A DNA stretch of 64,000 nt from Macrostomum hystrix (lineage: Eukaryota; Animalia; Platyhelminthes), in the NCBI GenBank assembly GCA_950097015.1, contig CATNEN010000031.1, forward strand, positions 1,054,001 through 1,118,000, in the 5' to 3' direction. A program made the position numbers and the translations under genes. Each line of letters starts with the position of its first letter. Within the stretch, counting starts at the first letter, position 1. Positions 25,731 through 39,000 of this stretch are shown in pieces. The notes under the pieces were generated by a model. That model did not search any database, was not told the origin of the DNA, and saw only the letters and a list, made by a program, of their open reading frames with translations.

Positions 25731-25965
25731 TGTCACCTGTGGGTGAGGATTGGCCATCTAAAAGACTGTCTATGGTGTCACCTGCGGGTGAGGATTGGCC
25801 CTCTAAAAGACTGTCTATGGTGTCACCTGTGGGTGAGGATTGGCCCTCTAAAAGACTGTCTATGGTGTCACCTGTGGGTGAGGATTGGCCCTCTAAAAGA
25901 CTGTCTATGGTGTCACCTGCGGGTGAGGATTGGCCATCTAAAAGATAGTCTATGGTGTCACCTGT
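25731..25965. repeat. 45-bp minisatellite, about 5 copies, next to the SLC6-like stop codon
   Basis: TGTCACCTG recurs every 45 bp (25731, 25776...). Confidence 0.92.
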
Positions 25966-25978
25966 ACGGAGGGCAGCC

Positions 25979-28900
25979 TCACTTAAACGGCCTCAGCTGT
26001 AGCGTGGCGGATGTGAATCCAACTTCTTCACCGCCTCCGCCTCGCCCGATGGTGGAGGCAGCCGGAGTGGCCCCGGAGGCAAGCAAGGCGGAGCGCAATT
26101 TGCTGGGCCCGGCAGCACTCTGAAGATGAAATTCTTGCTCTCTTCTCTGCCTGGCCAGAAGCTGCTCGCCCGGCAGAAAATCTCCGCGTAGTAACCTTTG
26201 GCCAGGATTTTCTGAATCGCCACCGGAGCAGGCGATCATAACAATGAAGCCGACACCGACGCCAATCACAATTGGCGACAGCGCGATGAGCCACCCGAGG
26301 ACGCGAAATCCGAGGCCGATTGGCTGCTGCCGGGTGCCGCTCAGCTCGTAGTGACAGCCCGAGTTGGACGGTTCGACAGTGAAGGCGGTGACTAGATAAT
26401 AGATGTAGCAGGCGGCGGATATTACACAGGCTAGGCCAAGTGCTATGAGGAACAACAGCCTGGCCACCATGACCTGAGACCGGACTCGGAAATAAGCGAT
26501 GAAGAAGCCGATCCCGACACCGGCGACCACCACAACCAGCAGCCGGTCCATGTACTGGTCGTACAGGCGCAGCCACCTAAAAAGTGGGAAATTTTGCTGG
26601 CGTTGAAATGAGCACAAATAATTTCCTCCCAGATACTAGCTATATTTACGGTTCTTGAGCTATATTTACCAGTAGCCGGAGCGCAGAATGCAGGGAAAGC
26701 TTAGCGCCAGCATAGCAACGCAGGCCAATCCGGCAATCAGGCGATAGACTCCATTCCGCCGGTCCTCCATCGATCGATAACGACGTCGCAACCGGTCTGT
26801 GATACTATCGACTGACGCAACCAGCAGCAGGGCTTGAGATAGCAGCAGGCACAGGTAGAGGCCTATATAGTAACAGACTGACACAGCAGGGTGGATGGCG
26901 AACTTCGATAGCACGTGCGGAATCAAAGTGAACGGCAGGGCGTAGCTGTGGGCCACGTGACAGCGCAGGTAGTCCAGATCGTAGGCTGGCGGGTTGAAGG
27001 TTTAATCTGCGTCTGTTCAGATTCTCACACTGGGATTATTGTGTTTATGTTGATTCTCACACTGGGATTATTGTGTTTATATTGATTCTCACACTGGGAT
27101 TATTGTGTTTATATTGATTCTCACACTGGGATTATTGTGTTTATATTGATTCTCACACTGGGATTATTGTGTTTATATTGATTCTCACACTGGGATTAAT
27201 GTGTTTATATTGATTCTCACACTGGGATTATTGTGTTTATATTGATTCTCACACTGGGATTATTGTGTTTATATTGATTCTCACACTGGGATTATTGTGT
27301 TTATATTGATTCTCACACTGGGATTAATGTGTTTATATTGATTCTCACACTGGGATTATTGTGTTTATATTGATTCTCACACTGGGATTATTGTGTTTAT
27401 ATTGATTCTCACACTGGGATTATTGTGTTTATATTGATTCTCACACTGAGATTATTGTTTTTATATTGATCCTCACACTGGGATAATTGTATTTACAGCT
27501 ATTGATCCTCACATTGGGATTATTGTATTTACAGCTATTGATCCTCACACTGGGATAATTGTATTTACAGCTATTGATCCTCACACTGGGAGGATCTGCA
27601 GAATTTATCGTGAGAAACTATAAATTGTATTTTTACCTATTGATCCTCACACTGTCCTACAGTCCTACTTTTAAGTTGCTATAAAAAATCCGATAGTAAA
27701 TATTTTTAGGCTTCACATGTACTGTCAGTCTCTACAAGCGGACTTTAAAGACGATTAGTAAATTACGTAAATAGACCTTACCATAGGCATAGCACACTAC
27801 TGCCAGTAGAGTAGGCAGATTGACAAGCAGGCCAAACAGCACTATAATCGGCAGAAATGTAAGGTGCATAGTCTTCCGTCCGCGCCGCACCCAGGAGCCC
27901 ACAGAGGGCCAGACTCCGTGCCAGAGGTGCAGAGAGGAAGACAGCTGCACGCAGGTAGACAGGAGGCCCCATAGGAGCGGCTGGAACTGGTACTGATCCC
28001 AGGCCATCGTGTTCAGAGGAATCGTGGATGCGAAGCTCCGATAGAAGCGCTCCCAGATCTTCTCGATCCCGGCGGTGTCGCTGGGTCTGTTGGCGACGAT
28101 GACAGCGAATGGCAGCACGGTGAGGACGAACGACAGCGGCGCCAGGCCGTACAGCAGCCAGCCGAAGACGCGCGGACCCCAGAGCACAGTGAGTAGGATG
28201 AACAGCCAGTTGAGCAGATGTGGCACAGTATTCAAACCGTCTAGTTGGAACCAGCGCGGAAACCAATGGCTCAATATGTCCTCCGATGTGTCCATGTTGA
28301 AGCTGAGGTAGAAACCCTCCTCAGCTGTTGGGCCTTGTTGAGTTCTTTGCAATATTCTGCGATGGTTGATGAAATCGGAATTATTTAGATGCTTTGCTTG
28401 AGGTTGGTAATATGGACAGCAGTGCCAAGCAAAGTGACTGCAGTTTAAACTTTACTCACTCTCGACATTCTATCTTTCGATTCCAAACATCGTGACAGCT
28501 GCCCCACATAAAAGTGGCGCCCACACAGTGCCTGCTGTCACACGGATAGACTGAGAAGAAGATGTAGGACAGGCAATGGGTCATTATGCTGGACACATAG
28601 ATAATGCTGAAGATGTTTCTTATTATCATAGCAAGACCGAATCCTGCAAGAGTTCATTTAAGTAGTGTGGTAAAAATTATTATGAAAAAATTGGTAAACA
28701 TGGGTTACAAAAGCATTTCTTAAAGTACTTACCGAAGCTTATTGGAAAGAACTTCTCAAACAATGCTAGAGTGCCTCTTTGATATTGATTTCCAAGTCGA
28801 ATTTGAACATAAAGCAGTGGCCAACCAATTAGCAGAATAAACACTATAATTGCTGTGAGGGCCCAGCCAGATCCGAAATAGAAGCACTCTTGGATTTTAA

Positions 28901-29006
28901 CCATTGTTGTTAGTGACATGGTACAAAACACAGCCAACACTAGCTGGGCAATAGTCCATTTCGGAGATGCATCAACAAACTCATCTGATTCATTGTCCAT
29001 CAACAT
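25979..29006 (-). CDS. Divergent SLC6 (neurotransmitter:sodium symporter) family protein, 5 exons, about 675 aa
   Basis: Exons 29006-28733, 28643-28460, 28437-27782, 26985-26670, 26576-25979; all introns GT-AG with matching phases (1,2,1,2); 2028 nt in total. SLC6-like segments: IGWPLLYVQIRLGNQYQRG...PISFGFG (TM2-3), WGSCHDVWN...C (EL2), PTAEEGFY, QLSSSLHLWHGVWPSVGSW (TM6), SGYWWLRLYDQY. Confidence 0.78.
27021..27655. repeat. 32-bp minisatellite (ATTCTCACACTGGGATTATTGTGTTTATATTG) in SLC6-like intron 3
   Basis: Period 32 (27021, 27053...). Confidence 0.95.
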
Positions 29007-31311
29007 CTTTAGTTTAAAGACTCTGAAAAAATGTATGTTTTGAACTTAAAACATTTGATTAGTGGCATGTTTGTTGTGACATAAATATTTTTTTAAAAAA
29101 TATATAAAAGGTATAGCTTTCTTTTCAAATCGCTATGTTTAAAGAAGAAGTTAATAAATTGTACTATAGCTAGCTACCTATTGCAACGATGTGTAAAGTG
29201 GTAAAATTCAAGTGCTTGAATTTATTGTAAGTATCAAAAACTAAAAGACAAAAGTAATTTGTCTTTGCTATTTAAAAAATAAGTAAAATTAAATACTTAT
29301 TTTTTATTGCATAGCTTTCACTGTAGCTATGCAAAATTTAAGAAGATGATGGATAGTAATGCATCAACAAGTTTTGCATAAGAAAACTAGTTAAATTTGT
29401 AAAAAATGGGCCTGGCAATGTGAATGTGATTGTCAGTTTATTTAAATGTGCAATCACACTTAGTCACTAAAAGTTTATCTAAAGTTAGCCAGAATATAAT
29501 TTCGTAAAAGGAGTAACAAGTGCAAAAAATAAAGGCTCGTTTGAAATAACAATAAACCTATTACAATACAGAACTACTTAGCCTAACACTAGTTGCAGCG
29601 CTTAGTCAGCAGGTGTGGTAATGCTGGGCCTCTACCATCTTTAGTCAATGAGAGCAAAAATATGAAGAATTTGTTAAACTATATCTCGATGCTTATAACT
29701 ACATTACATGTAGGTCTAACTGCTTGCGCTTAACAGTAATTTTAAAGGCCATAAAATTATCGACGGTGTTTCCTTGAAAGTGTGGAAATACTTTACTTTT
29801 GAAGTGGTATTAAGTGGCGCATAATAACAAGCTTTATCAATAGAGTAGTGCAATTTAGCTTAAAATACAAAAAGAAATAAATTTATTTATTAAAAAAGCT
29901 CAAGAATATAACATATACTTGTACTTACCTGTCACAAAAGTTTTCTACGAATTATATAAATTTAAATGAAGAACTAAATATATTTCAATTATGTAAGTAA
30001 GTTTTTAACATAAAAGTACGCTCAATAATTTTTTTACTATAAGATTGACCCTAACAGATGATTTAAAGATTATTCACTATGCGACGGAATGAGTGACATC
30101 GTTAAGCCGACTGGATCCACGATTATTATATTGTATTTTAATATTTTCTTGTTTAGTTTTAGTTTCTGGCTCTAAAAAGCTTTAATTTAAAATATATACT
30201 CTTTTGAGCAGTATTTATAGTTGTACTGTCAATTCAAATTAAAATGATTTAGTGCCACAAGCTAGGTGTTTTTGCAATGCCACATTATGTACTATAGACA
30301 GTGATAATAAACAGTTCAGGTAACTTGCTTGCTAATTTAGTATACTATATTAGGCTATATAGTATTTTCTATTTAGCCCTAATCTTTATCAAAGTTTTAA
30401 GATAAAAATAATAGTTAATATAGGATGCTAGAGTGGGAAAAATAAATTCATTTTTAGCAAGGTAAAGGTCTAGACTCTAGCTAGCTACAAATAGGCATTT
30501 TTTTTGAAATGTCGGCAATAATTTGGATGACAAAGATTATGTAAAGTATTGATAAAGTAAAAAAAAACGAAACAAATGTTGAGCTTAAAATTACAAAAGT
30601 TTTACAAGAGCTAAGATGATGAGTATTTGAGATGTCAGTGATTCTAGCAAATCATTTATAAACTTGCATCATGTTGTGTATAATATCAGTTTTTTATAAT
30701 TATTAATCCACTATAACAAATGCCCTGAGGTGATTGCATTTCAAAAGTACAACACTTCATGTCTTTAGGGTCTCACTGAAGCAAAAGAGGCCTTAGTATC
30801 AATTCTAAAGTGCAAAGAGAACTATAGGTTACAAAGGTGAGCACAAACATGCAGAGCCCACTCAGTTTTTGAGGGCAATCATTTTCAATACTATGAGTAC
30901 ATTCAAATAATTACTAAATATTATGTATTTATTAGGTAACATTACAGAGCCAACACTAAACTGCCAAATTGTTTTCTCCCTTTTGGAGAAAAAACTTTTT
31001 TGTTATTTTAGTTTTATTGTAGTTTAACCTGTATCAAAAGGTTGCATTATAAAACCTTGAATAATTTTAATTTGGTTTGTATTTAGTTTAAAAAAGTGCT
31101 GTACTTTTTATGTACTTTAGTTTCTTGTAAGTTTATGGAGTGAATTAAGTTGACTGTAGTGTGCACAGCTAATACCAAAATTTTAAGTAAATAGTACTTT
31201 GCATGTTGTATATTTGCTTTTTTATCCATTTTATATGGATTTTATTTCATTTGCGATTCCTTCCTAACTTCAAATTATTTTCGCCACCATCTCCCTGACT
31301 GCAGCCTCAGC

Positions 31312-33752
31312 ATGTTGGGCACAGCGGCTGCCCTGCTCAAGCCTCCACTGGTCCAGCCGCCTCAGTCGCTGTCAACTATCGGGGTGCCTCCATCGCTGCG
31401 CGGCAACCAGTCGTTTCTGCTTCCCCAGCCAGCTGGCGGGCCCATTGCTGTTATTGATGCGGCGCAGGCTTCGGGCGAGCGGCTCCTGCTGGTGCCAACT
31501 CAGCTCCCTCTGGGTGCCCGAGTGGCTTCTGTGCCAGCCAGCCTGGTTGCCAGGGGCGGTAGCGGCATCCCCGATCAGCGAATCTCGGTTATTGTCATGC
31601 CGACTGGCCACCTGATGCTGGCTGATGCCATGGCTTTGCCGGCTGGCTTATCTGGCGAGGCCGACAGTGCAGCCAACGCGGCTTCGGCGGCAGCCGCAGC
31701 GATGGCCGCAGCCGCGGCTGCAGCGGCCGTGGCGAGTCGAGGTGTCTCCATTCCGACGCCGTCTCCGACAATCAGCCTGCGCTGCGGTGGTCAAACTTCG
31801 CCAACCTCGGCCAATGCCATTTGCCTAGTGAAGTCTGAGGCAGCCGAGGAGCCGGCACTCGAGGAGGATCATTGCGCCGACGGCGACGACGAAGCCGAGA
31901 TGTCGCTAGAAGAGCTTAGCCGCCGGCCCGACCAGCATCGAAGCGTTGTTGACGGCGTAGATTTAAACGAGATCGGTCAATTCGCGCGCGAATTCAAACT
32001 GCGCCGACTGCGCCTCGGCCTGACCCAGACCCAGATTGGCGCCGCCTTGTCGGCTGCCCGCGGTCCGGCTTATAGCCAGAGCGCCATCTCCAGATTCGAG
32101 AAGCTCGACGTTACGCCACGATCGGCCGCCCGCATCAAGCAGGCGCTGCAGACCTGGCTGACCGAGGCCGAGGACTCCGCCATGCTCCAGTCAGCCGACG
32201 AAGAAGGCGGCCACTATCATCAGCCAGATGATGCGGACTACGAAGAGAAGGAAGCCGGGACGACTATCGCCGAATCCGCTGACGCTGCCAGCATCGACGA
32301 TGAGGCAGTCGGGATGTGCGACGTCGTTGAGCCGTCTGGATCCACGGCGCCAGCTGATAATGGCGCGGCCAACAAACGGCCTAGAAAGCGTCGTACTTCT
32401 TTCACACCGGAGGCTCTAGAGGCGTTGAATAGCTACTTCGAGTTAAATAGGCATCCTAGCGGCGCCGAGGTCACCCAGCTGGCCAGAGCGCTGCGCTACA
32501 CTCGAGAAGTGATTCGCGTCTGGTTCTGCAATCGTCGCCAGGCCCTGCGCGCCAACACCGTCAAGCGGCTGCGTCCACCGGTGGCGTCAACTGGCTCCGC
32601 CGCTGCCGCTGCAGCTGTAGCCGCTGCAGCTGCGGCGGCGGCGTCGCTAGCGGCGACTGCATCTTCCGCATCGTCGATGCAGTGCATCGCGGCCCCTGTC
32701 TCGTCGCCTTCGCCGTCAGATTCTCCAGTGAATTTGTCGCAGCAGCCGCATCCGTTGCGGACTCAAGCGCAGTTGACTTCGACAGTGAGTTCTGACTTGT
32801 GCATATGATTCTTCAGGTGAGATTGTAGCCGTGAGATTCATCAGGTGAGATTGTAGCCGTGAGATTCGTCAGGTGAGATTCTTCAGGTGAGATTGTAGCC
32901 GTGAGATTCTTCAGGTGAGATTGTAGCCGTGAGATTCTTCAGGTGAGATTGTAGCCGTGAGATTCTTAAGGTGAGATTGTTGCCGTGAGATTCTTCAGGT
33001 GAGATTGTAGCTGTGAGATTCGTCAGGTGTGATTATAGCTGTGAGATTCGTCAGGGAAGATTATAGCTTGAGATTCATCAGGTGAGATTATAGCCGTGAG
33101 ATTCGTCAGGTGAGATTATAGCTGTGAGATTCGTCAGGTGAGATTCGTCAGGTGAGATTATAGCTATGATATTAATCAGGTGAGATTATAGCTGTGAGAT
33201 TCGTCAGGTGAGATTATAGCTATGATATTAATCAGGTGAGATTATAGCTGTGAGATTCGTCAAGTGAGATTATAGCCGTGAGATTCGTCAGGTGAGATTA
33301 TAGCTATGATAATTATCAGGTGAGATTATAGCTGTGAGATTCGTCAAGTGAGATTATAGCCGTGAGATTCGTCAGGTGAGATTATAGCTGTGAGATTCTT
33401 GAGGTAAGATGGTAGATTTGAGATTATTTAAGTAAAATAGTAGCTGTGAGATTCTTCAGGTGAAATAGTTAATATGAGATTTATAAGGTAATTTATGTAA
33501 ATGAGATTTGAGATATGAGATCTAGTGCTTTTCTAGTGCGAACGAGTGATCTGGAGCTCAGTATACAAAAATTTGTTGGGGTAGAAATATCAGATGTCTC
33601 ATCTATCTACATTCCTGTATCCCAGTGGATCAATTGGAATGCTTAAAGCCTTTCAATTCAATCGCCGCCCGCAGGTTCCCGCATCCTCGTCACCCAAATC
33701 GCCGAATTCGGTGCTGAGCGCGCCCACCTCATCTCCGCAGACGCTGCCTTAG
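31312..33752 (+). CDS. POU6F: Class VI POU homeodomain transcription factor (POU6F/Brn-5/pdm3-like); exons 31312-32784 and probably 33675-33752
   Basis: POU-specific domain FKLRRLRLGLTQTQIG...GPAYSQSAISRFEKLDVTPRSA and homeodomain RKRRTSFTPEALEALNSYFE...REVIRVWFCNRRQ are class VI diagnostic. Phase-0 donor ACA|GTGAGT after 32784 and acceptor CCCGCAG|GTT at 33675 give VPASSSPKSPNSVLSAPTSSPQTLP*. Confidence 0.9.
32808..33480 (+). repeat. 28-bp minisatellite (GATTCTTCAGGTGAGATTGTAGCCGTGA) filling the POU6 intron
   Basis: Tandem units, more degenerate towards the 3' end. Confidence 0.93.
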
Positions 33753-36014
33753 AAAGTCGGTGTCCAAGCCGATAAAACACTGCTGAACAGCTTGCTGATA
33801 TATGATACTACTTTTGATTCTAGTAGTATGCTAAATTCAGTTCTAGTGTTACAAAAACGAGCTTATTACTCGTAGCGACTGTCACTGAGCAAATTTTAGC
33901 CGCCTAGTTGTTTTAGGCTAGTTTTCTAAAGCTGCCCCTTTTGCAAGCTTTCTATTTCTGTTTGTGTGGCTAGACTATTGTGCAACACAAACGCGTACCA
34001 AAGAATTCTAAAGTAATAAATAACTGTAAGGCAATTATTTTATTCTATAACTTTTACAATGCATGTCCCACTATTCTACTGCTAGTAGCAGTAGCTTCAA
34101 CTGTTTCCGCTTGTTGTTTTGTTTACCGTTAGCTTTTTTATTAGCCTTCTGATCTAAAAATGAATTTTTTGTGTCATTGACACGAGTGAAATAATTGTTC
34201 TAATCACTGTTGATCTGTCTTGCCTAGCCTATACGATCATGTACTAGTTCTCATAACCTGGTGGTCTGAAACTCGAATCTCAGCTCAGGTAACCTATTTG
34301 TGTCCTTGAGCCCCATTACCTTAGTTTAACCAGCTGTAAAATGGATACCAGAATTTACCCGGGCGAGATTGGTCCTCCAGTCCACGAAGTCAACAGCCTC
34401 TCTACAGCCTAGAATTCTAGGTTGTACTACTGGAAAATGTCAGGCCAAACAGGGCTAGAGTAACTTTTAATAAGTTTTGTCTCTATACAGATCGTGACTG
34501 CTGCTTCCCCATGTTGATCACCTTTTTACACAATCTAATTTATAGGTGTGAGGATCACGTTGTCATTTTAGCCGGTCAACAACATAGGAATCTACCTGTT
34601 TCTGCACTTCGACTTTTTTGCGGCCATGACAATTTTATATTTTTGTTTGTTCGTATTAAGAGCACGCAATGACCAAATAGTTATGTTTTGTTTTCGTTAC
34701 TTCTAGCTGTCCGTTTATTGGTTTGGTGTCACATTTTATCAGTTTTATTTCTACAGAAAACATTTTTTGTGTTCACGCCGCTTCGTAAACAAATTTTGGC
34801 GACTGTTTGAGTACATTGAAGTGTTTTTTCACCAGTTTCATCATCATACAATCTTTTTTTTATCGCTTGTCCACGTCTTCTGTACCTGGTCCTGTGGCTT
34901 CTATTTTAACGTGTATTTGATTTAGTTGATCCTTTTTTGTGCGGTCTCTACAGCATGCGGCATTAACTCCTACGTCTAGAATTTGCAGCATTTGCAGCAG
35001 CTTGTTTAGTTTGTTAATCATTGTTTGAGTTGTTTATTTGCAACTTATTTAACAGAGAATAGGCACTGCAGTTCCCAATTACTGACTATTTGTTCTCTCG
35101 TGCCTACCAAGTGACAAATACCCAATAATAAGACCTAGAATCCATGCTATTTGGTTTGGTATCTGTTACAACCGTCTGATCATTTCTGTTGCAATATAAT
35201 AATTCTGCTTTTGATCTATCTATAATAGATACATACTTGTCCAAACCCTGTACAGTTAAGTAGTACATGCTGAGTAATTGTGTGAGTCCACATTAATCAA
35301 TTTCTTTAAAGACAGTACAGAATTAACTCACAAAACAGCAGTTGATATATATTTGTTAATGTGGCCAAATAGATTGGCCTTCTTGCACAGCCAGGATTGA
35401 AGTGTACTACTGACTGTGTTCCAATTTCAATACGACCAATTGGCCACGCCGATTTCAAATCAATGAAAACATTCTAGAATATGCATGAAATAAACAAAAA
35501 ATTTGAGACTACTAATTTCCCTGGAAAGAAAAAGCATTAATTAAAAAGCACTAAATTTGAGAACAGTATTGGCAGCTTTAGCTTTCGTATTTTTCTTTCG
35601 GATTGGGAAATGCAATTTGGAAATTTGCAGTTACAAAGCGCACATTAGTGACATTGAAAAATCAATTATGAGCTAGAAATAATTTCAACAATTTCTGATC
35701 ATCAAACATAGAAACATTTTACTCGCAGACGATGGAAAGCTTGATCCACGGCAATTCGCCATTTGGGTGGAATGAGTTTTTTATACACGCAACACTTAAT
35801 CTTCGATGCTTCACAATAAACCTAATGAGAAAAATCGATCGATAGATGAATGATTAGAAAAGATATCACGGGCCAATTATTGACTGAATAAATATAAATA
35901 GCAAATAAAAACGGAATACTCTACTGATACTGCTATTGGACAGTAGTATTTCTAAATGAGAATTTTTTTGTGAAAAATTGTCCAGAAATGATAATACAGA
36001 TTTGTGGAAACAGT

Positions 36015-39000
36015 CTAGGAACTGGCTGATGCGGATGCGGAGGCGGCAGCCCGCATCAGCTGGAGGCTCTCGTGGCAGCGGGCGCAGACTCGCACCGGCA
36101 CCCGATACTGCGGCGGCAGGGGGGCGCTGTGCGAAGAGCAGTCGGCGCAGAACACTTCGCCGCAATTGCGACAGTGATGCTGCGGCGGAGAAGGGGAGGC
36201 CAGAATTACCAAGCGAATTGTGTTTATCGGAATGTCAATGTCAATTGTCTCACCCGTCGAAACGTCAGGCTAAACAGCTTGTCGCATTGGCTGCAATGCT
36301 TAGCCTGATCGTCGCGCACCCAGACCCGGCTCCGCGTGGTCTCCTGAGACACCTGCAGGCGCTGATTGTCGCGGCCGATGTCCAGCAGAGCTGACTGCAG
36401 CTCCTCCAGCTGTCGCCGCTGGCTGGCCAGCTCCCTGTTAAGTCTGTCGCGCTCGTCGCCATCAACAATGAGGCGCTCAGTGAGGCGGCGCTTTTCCTCC
36501 TCCAGGTTGTCAACCTGGCGCTCGCTCTCTGAGGTAATTAAAAAAATGTGAATACTTAAAAACATTTACTATTAACTACTTAAAGTAGTTGTAGAAAAAA
36601 ATCAATGAATTTCCTTTATTATATCTGACTTTCTAATATCTTGTACAATTCGTCCAAGCAACTCACCTCTCCTAGTAGTATTGAGGGTCTCCGTCAAGCC
36701 TTGAATCTCGGCTCGCATGGCCTCCACATCGCGGGCCGATTCAGCCAGGCGAGCCTCGGCCACTGAAAGTTGCTCAGCCGCCCGAAGCTGCTCGGCCTCC
36801 TAAGAAGAAAAATAATTGCCGACTCAATAAAACAGTACCAGTTTAAATAAGCATTCGCTGTCGGTAACTCACCCGGCTAAGCCGCAGTTCCCGCAGATCA
36901 GCGTCCCGACTGTCGCGTTCAGCCTCGGCAGCTGACAGCCGGCCGGTCAGTTCGGCCAACTCGGCAGTCTTGGCCTCGACTGTTTGACGCAGCGTCAGCT
37001 CAGTTTGCTGCAGCAAGGCTTGGACTGCGCTTAACTCAGCTGCCCGCTGCGAATGCAGAGGGTTGGATGAGGGGGGTGAAAGTAGACTTGTTTGACCGAT
37101 CAGCGAACGGGAGTGTTTTCAACTTTTCTCAGCCTAACCAATCAGTGAACTGGAGGGTTTTCTCAGCCTGACTAATCAGTGAACTGGATGGTTTTTCAGC
37201 CTGACCAATCAGTGAACTGGGGGGTTTTTTTCAGCCTGACCAATCAGTGAACTGGAGGGTTTTCTCAGCCTGACTAATCAGTGAACTGGGGTTTTTCCAG
37301 CCTGGATTGGCTTATCTGTCATTCTTGGTACGAAAATGCATTACGGTTTTGTATATAAAAATAAAACAACAAGGAAACACTGTTTTCCCACCGCCTGCAG
37401 CTCCTCCAGCCGTGCGGTCGCCAGATTCCGCTGCTGCTCCGCCTCTACCCGCTCGGACTCCAGCTCTGCCGCGAGGCGGTCGCCGCTGGCCCGCGACTCG
37501 GCCAGGTCCGCTATCAGCGAGTCCCGCTCGCGTTGCAGATCAGCTGTCTGTTGGCGAGACGTCTCCAGCTGCGCCATGAGGGAGTCCCTCTGCTGGCCAG
37601 TCTCAGCTGCTTGCTGCTGAGCGGATGCCAAGGCTGCTGCCTTTGAGTCCAGCTCCTGGCTGACACATGTCAGCCTTTGATGCAACTCAGCCAGCTCCTT
37701 GTTTAGCGAGTCCCGCTCTTTACTGACAACAGACAGTTGCTGACGAGTGTCGGCTAGATCACCTGTCAGCGAGTCCCGCTCCTGACTGACCGTGGCAATC
37801 TCCTGACGTACTTCGGCTAGGTCCTTAGTCAAGGAGTCCCGCTCGCGGGCTAGTTCGCCAGCTGCCTGTCGCGACTTTGCAAGCTCGCCGTTTAGCGAGT
37901 CCCGCTCATGAGCGAGTTCCTCCGCGCTTTGTCGTGAAGATCCTAGCTGCAGGATCAGCGAGTCCTGCTCTTTGATCAGCCCGTCCGACTCCAGCTGCAA
38001 GCTTTTCAATTGGCTTGAAAGCGAGTCCCGCTCTACGCTCAGCTTATTCGCTTTTTCGCTAACAGCGGCAATATGGGCAGTCAGCGAGTCCCGCTCTTCA
38101 ACTAGCTTGTCCATAGCGGACCGGCTGGAAGCCAGGTCGGCAGTCAGCGAGTCCCGCTCTTCAACTAGTTTGTCCATAGCGGAACGGCTGGAAGCCAGGT
38201 CGGCAGTCAGCGAGTCCCGCTCTTCAACTAGCTTGTCCATAGCGGAACGGCTGGAAGCCAGGTCGGCAGTCAGCGAGTCCCGCTCTCTGCTCAGGCCAAG
38301 CCGAGTGGATTCCAGCTCAGTGTGCAGTGAGGCCAGCTCTTCGCCCAGCCTGCCAGCTTTCTGCTGAGCCTCAGCCAGCTGTTCAGCCAGCGAGTCTCGC
38401 TCTCGATGCCACCTGTCGACTTGGCCGTTAGCCTCCGCCAGCTGGTCTTTCAGGGAGTCCCGCTCTCGAGTCAGCTGGGCCGAGGCGTCGCGAGCGGCGT
38501 CTAGATCGACAGTCAGCGAGTCCCGCTGGCCGACGAGGCCTTCGGCTTCCAGCCTCAGAGCTGCCAGCTGGGCTGTCATCGATGCCAGCTCGGCCGTCAG
38601 CCTGTCGACCTGTTTGCCTGTCTCCGCCAGCCGGCCAGTCAGCGAGTCCCGTTCGCTAGCCAGCTGGGCTGAAGCCTCGCGAGTGGCCTTTAATTCCACG
38701 GTCAGCGAGTCCCGCTCTCCAACCAGACTGTCAGCCCGCTGTCTGGTGGCCTCAGCCTCCGCGTCCGAATCAGCCAGGCTCGACCTCAACTGAGACAGCT
38801 CCGCCTGAAAGATTGCGAGATGCCGAAACGGTTTAAACTAAATAGCCGCAATATGACATGGAGAAAACTGCAATCGCTAACCTCGTGCTTATCGCGAGCG
38901 GCAGTCAAAGATCGCTCCAATTTCTGAAGCCTCTTCTCCTGCTTGGCCATCGATTTTGACTGCTCCTGCGAAGAAAATGGACATGAACTTAATTGCAGCA

